Part shown: positions 26,314 to 28,668 of the stretch, piece after piece | Position numbering within the stretch: position 1 is the first letter of the stretch | How the letters are laid out: each line of letters starts with the position of its first letter | Notes under the pieces: generated by a model | Told to the model about the DNA's origin: nothing | The model's input: only the letters and a program-made list of their open reading frames with translations | The model's database searches: none | NCBI GenBank assembly: GCA_037441705.1 | Contig: JBBIRR010000047.1 | Span: 1 to 28,668, forward strand | Origin: Ignavibacteriales bacterium | GTDB taxonomy: Bacteria; Bacteroidota; Ignavibacteria; UBA10030; UBA6906 | Direction: 5' to 3' | DNA: 28,668 bases | Translations under genes and position numbers: made by a program

Positions 26314-27303
26314 CTACCCGCCGATCTGGCTCATCGTTCGTTCCGGACGAACGAACCCGGGACGGTTGATGAGATGGCCTTCTTCTTTCTTCCAGACTGC
26401 TGCGGTGATCGTTTCTGCGATTTCGTCATCGCTTGCCCCGCCGCGCAGCAGCGCGCGCAGATCGGTTTCCACAAGCGAGAACAGGCAGGTGCGGAACTTT
26501 CCGTCGCTGGTGACGCGCACGCGGTCGCAATCCGCGCAAAAAGGCTGGCTGACGGAACTGATAAAACCGATTTCGCCCGAGCCGTCGGCAAACACAAAAC
26601 GTTCGGCCGGCACTTTGCCGTTGACCGAAGGAGCAGCCACGAGGGGAAAGTGGTGGTTGATTGTTTCCAGCACTTCATGCGTCGGCACCACTTTGTCCAT
26701 CGTCCAGCCGTCATCCTTGCCGATAGGCATGAACTCGATGAAGCGGATAATGAAAGGGCGGGTTCGGGCAAGCCGTGCGAACGCGAGAATCTCGCCATCG
26801 TTCACGCCTCGGATAAGCACGACGTTGAGTTTAATAGGCTTGATGCCGGCTCGTTCGGCCGCTTCGATGCCCTCCCATGTTTGCGTGAAGTAATCGCGCC
26901 GCGCTATCTCGGCAAACAAACGCGGATCGAGCGCATCGAGGCTGACGTTGATGCGGTTGAGACCTGCCCCGGCCAGCTCACGCGCTTGATCCTTCAGGAA
27001 GAAACCGTTGGTCGTCAGGGCAATGTCTTCGATGCCCGGAATCGGCTTGAGCATGGCGATCAGCCGCCAGAGTTCTTTGCGCATCAGCGGCTCGCCGCCC
27101 GTGAGGCGAATCTTTCGAACTCCAAGCGCGGCGAAGATATGAACGAGCCGCACGATTTCTTCGTACGTAAGCAGCCTGTCGCGTTGCAGCCACTGCATAC
27201 CTTCCTCGGGCATGCAGTACGTACATCGGTAGTTGCATCGGTCCGTCACCGAGACGCGCAGATTCGTCACCACGCGGCCAAATGTATCAATGAGCGAGGG
27301 CAT
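26314..27303 (-). CDS. moaA: GTP 3',8-cyclase MoaA
   Basis: LRVSVTDRCNYRCTYC, TGGEP, FCADCDR...CLF, C-terminal MSQIGG. Confidence 0.97.
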   Translation of the reverse strand: MPSLIDTFGRVVTNLRVSVTDRCNYRCTYCMPEEGMQWLQRDRLLTYEEIVRLVHIFAALGVRKIRLTGGEPLMRKELWRLIAMLKPIPGIEDIALTTNGFFLKDQARELAGAGLNRINVSLDALDPRLFAEIARRDYFTQTWEGIEAAERAGIKPIKLNVVLIRGVNDGEILAFARLARTRPFIIRFIEFMPIGKDDGWTMDKVVPTHEVLETINHHFPLVAAPSVNGKVPAERFVFADGSGEIGFISSVSQPFCADCDRVRVTSDGKFRTCLFSLVETDLRALLRGGASDDEIAETITAAVWKKEEGHLINRPGFVRPERTMSQIGG

Positions 27304-27738
27304 CTATCCGTTTCTTACATAATCGACATCATGTTGTCCCACAACCCACTCCGTTCCTTCCTCGAAGTGTTCCTTCTTCCAGATCGGCACATCGGCTTTG
27401 ATGCGGTCGATGGCATAGCGGCATGCTTCGAAGGCCTCTTTCCGATGCGCGGCGGCAACGGCAGTCACCACCGCAACATCGCCCAGGGCAAGTGTACCGA
27501 TGCGATGCACAAGCACAACGTTGTGAAGTGGCCATTGCTTTCGCATCGCGTCCTCAATCTCCATCATCAGCTTTTCCGCCATCGGAACGTACGCGGAGTA
27601 GTCCAACGCCTTCACACGGCGGCCGTGGGAGCGATCGCGCACCGTGCCGACGAAGATGTCGATCCCGCCGGAATGCACGGACCGCACGGCATTATAGATG
27701 GCGTTGACGTCAATCGGTTGTGTGGTGATGGATACCAT
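27304..27738 (-). CDS. moaE: Molybdopterin synthase catalytic subunit MoaE
   Basis: FVGTVR, HRIG, HRKEAF, PIWKKE. Start 27738 or 27747. Confidence 0.95.
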   Translation of the reverse strand: MVSITTQPIDVNAIYNAVRSVHSGGIDIFVGTVRDRSHGRRVKALDYSAYVPMAEKLMMEIEDAMRKQWPLHNVVLVHRIGTLALGDVAVVTAVAAAHRKEAFEACRYAIDRIKADVPIWKKEHFEEGTEWVVGQHDVDYVRNG

Positions 27739-27836
27739 GGGGTGCAATCTGGTCCTTTATCTTTCTTCTTCCAAGCTCAAGGTGGACGAGAAACCTTTTC
27801 TCGACAGCGAAGGTGATGTTGAACGACATCCGAGGC

Positions 27837-28085
27837 TCACCCTCCACTGACGGGCGGAATGAAGCTGATCTCATCGCCGGGCTTGAGCACGTGATCGAAC
27901 GACGTGTATTCGAAGTTGACCGCAAGCCGAACGCTCAGTCGCCACTCCCGCAGCTTCGGATGGGAGGCGGCAAGCACATTGAACGCCGCTTCGCCGGTGA
28001 AGGGAGGCGGAACGTCCATGCGCAGCTCATCGGTTGCGAGAATGTCTTTCAGCGGTCCGAAGACTTTGACGTTGACGGTCACCAT
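27837..28085 (-). CDS. moaD: Molybdopterin synthase sulfur carrier MoaD
   Basis: AVNFEY...GDEISFIPPVSGG. Confidence 0.95.
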   Translation of the reverse strand: MVTVNVKVFGPLKDILATDELRMDVPPPFTGEAAFNVLAASHPKLREWRLSVRLAVNFEYTSFDHVLKPGDEISFIPPVSGG

Positions 28086-28088
28086 CGG

Positions 28089-28668
28089 CTACTCCTTCAT
28101 CAGGGCATAATGGGCCGCGCCGTGAAGAGCAATCTTGTCATTCAGCACAACGTACACGGGCATCGCTTTTACGAGATCGGAGAGGCGCCCCTTCGTCGTA
28201 AACGCGTCGATGAATGTTGCCTGCTGCAGGAGAGGAAGGATCTTCGGGGCAATGCCGCCTGCAACATAGACGCCCCCTGCCGCAAGAAGCTTGAGCGCAA
28301 GGTTCCCCGCTTCGGCGCCGTAGAGGGAGACAAACAACTCCATCGCTCGCACGCACGCCTCGTCCTTGCCGGCGAGTGCCGCATGCGAGATTGCCGCCGC
28401 CGGGTCGCCCGTCATCATTTCATCGGTCAGCCATTTGGGTTCGGGCGAGGACATCCTCGCACGGAAAAAGTGGTAGAGATTCACGATGCCCATGCCTGAA
28501 ACCACCCGCTCATAGCTGACGCGTTTGTACTTCGTGAGCAGGTACCGAAGCAGATCGATTTCCAGATCGTTGCGCGGGGCAAAGTCGGTGTGCCCGCCTT
28601 CCGAAGCAAGCGCCTGGTAGCGCCGGCCGTTCCAGATCAACCCCGCCTCTCCCAGTCCGGTGCCCGCC
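28089..28668 (-). CDS. glk: Glucokinase, 5'-truncated by window edge
   Basis: AGTGLGEA at the edge, SEGGH, VSYERVVSG, GGVYVAGGIAPKI, KGR. Confidence 0.93.
   Translation of the reverse strand, partial: AGTGLGEAGLIWNGRRYQALASEGGHTDFAPRNDLEIDLLRYLLTKYKRVSYERVVSGMGIVNLYHFFRARMSSPEPKWLTDEMMTGDPAAAISHAALAGKDEACVRAMELFVSLYGAEAGNLALKLLAAGGVYVAGGIAPKILPLLQQATFIDAFTTKGRLSDLVKAMPVYVVLNDKIALHGAAHYALMKE

Noticed and set aside
26176-27816. Long antisense ORFs (e.g. 26176-27816, 5211-6338, 11146-12171, 22308-23405)
   Set aside because: Shadow frames of well-supported genes, expected in GC-rich DNA.
27710-27836. Small ORF between moaD and moaE (MSFNITF...)
   Set aside because: Overlaps the moaE start, no motif or other supporting evidence.

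Overview
Bacterial chromosomal window, mostly GC-rich. The gene set and canonical TTGAC-N17-TAnnnT promoters suggest an Ignavibacteria/FCB-like organism (inference). The left ~2.7 kb is visibly more AT-rich and holds the most unusual feature, an integron-like locus on the minus strand. It has a tyrosine recombinase (1521-2396) that resembles integron integrases but lacks the IntI-specific insertion. Downstream of it and co-oriented lie an attI-like site (~1416-1483), a complete 765-bp cassette encoding a secreted protein with an 8-Cys C-terminal domain, a 148-bp non-canonical attC-like site (651-798), and a second cassette gene (secreted, Ig-like, absent from the ORF track) that runs off the window edge. 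The rest is chromosomal backbone: GH76-like hydrolase, PAP2 phosphatase, aminotransferase, RlmD-like methyltransferase, DUF1761 and VOC genes, two ECF sigma/anti-sigma pairs, a peptide-ligase cluster (ATP-grasp, YbdK-like, M29 peptidase, atypical ATP-grasp, plus a displaced esterase), pepF followed in frame by a diverged copy of its own C-terminus, patatin, family-5 UDG, amidohydrolase, two membrane proteins, a CDF transporter, a sulfite-oxidase-like gene with moaA/moaE/moaD, and a partial glucokinase. No rRNA, tRNA or CRISPR array was recognised. All calls come from reading motifs by eye; no database searches were run.
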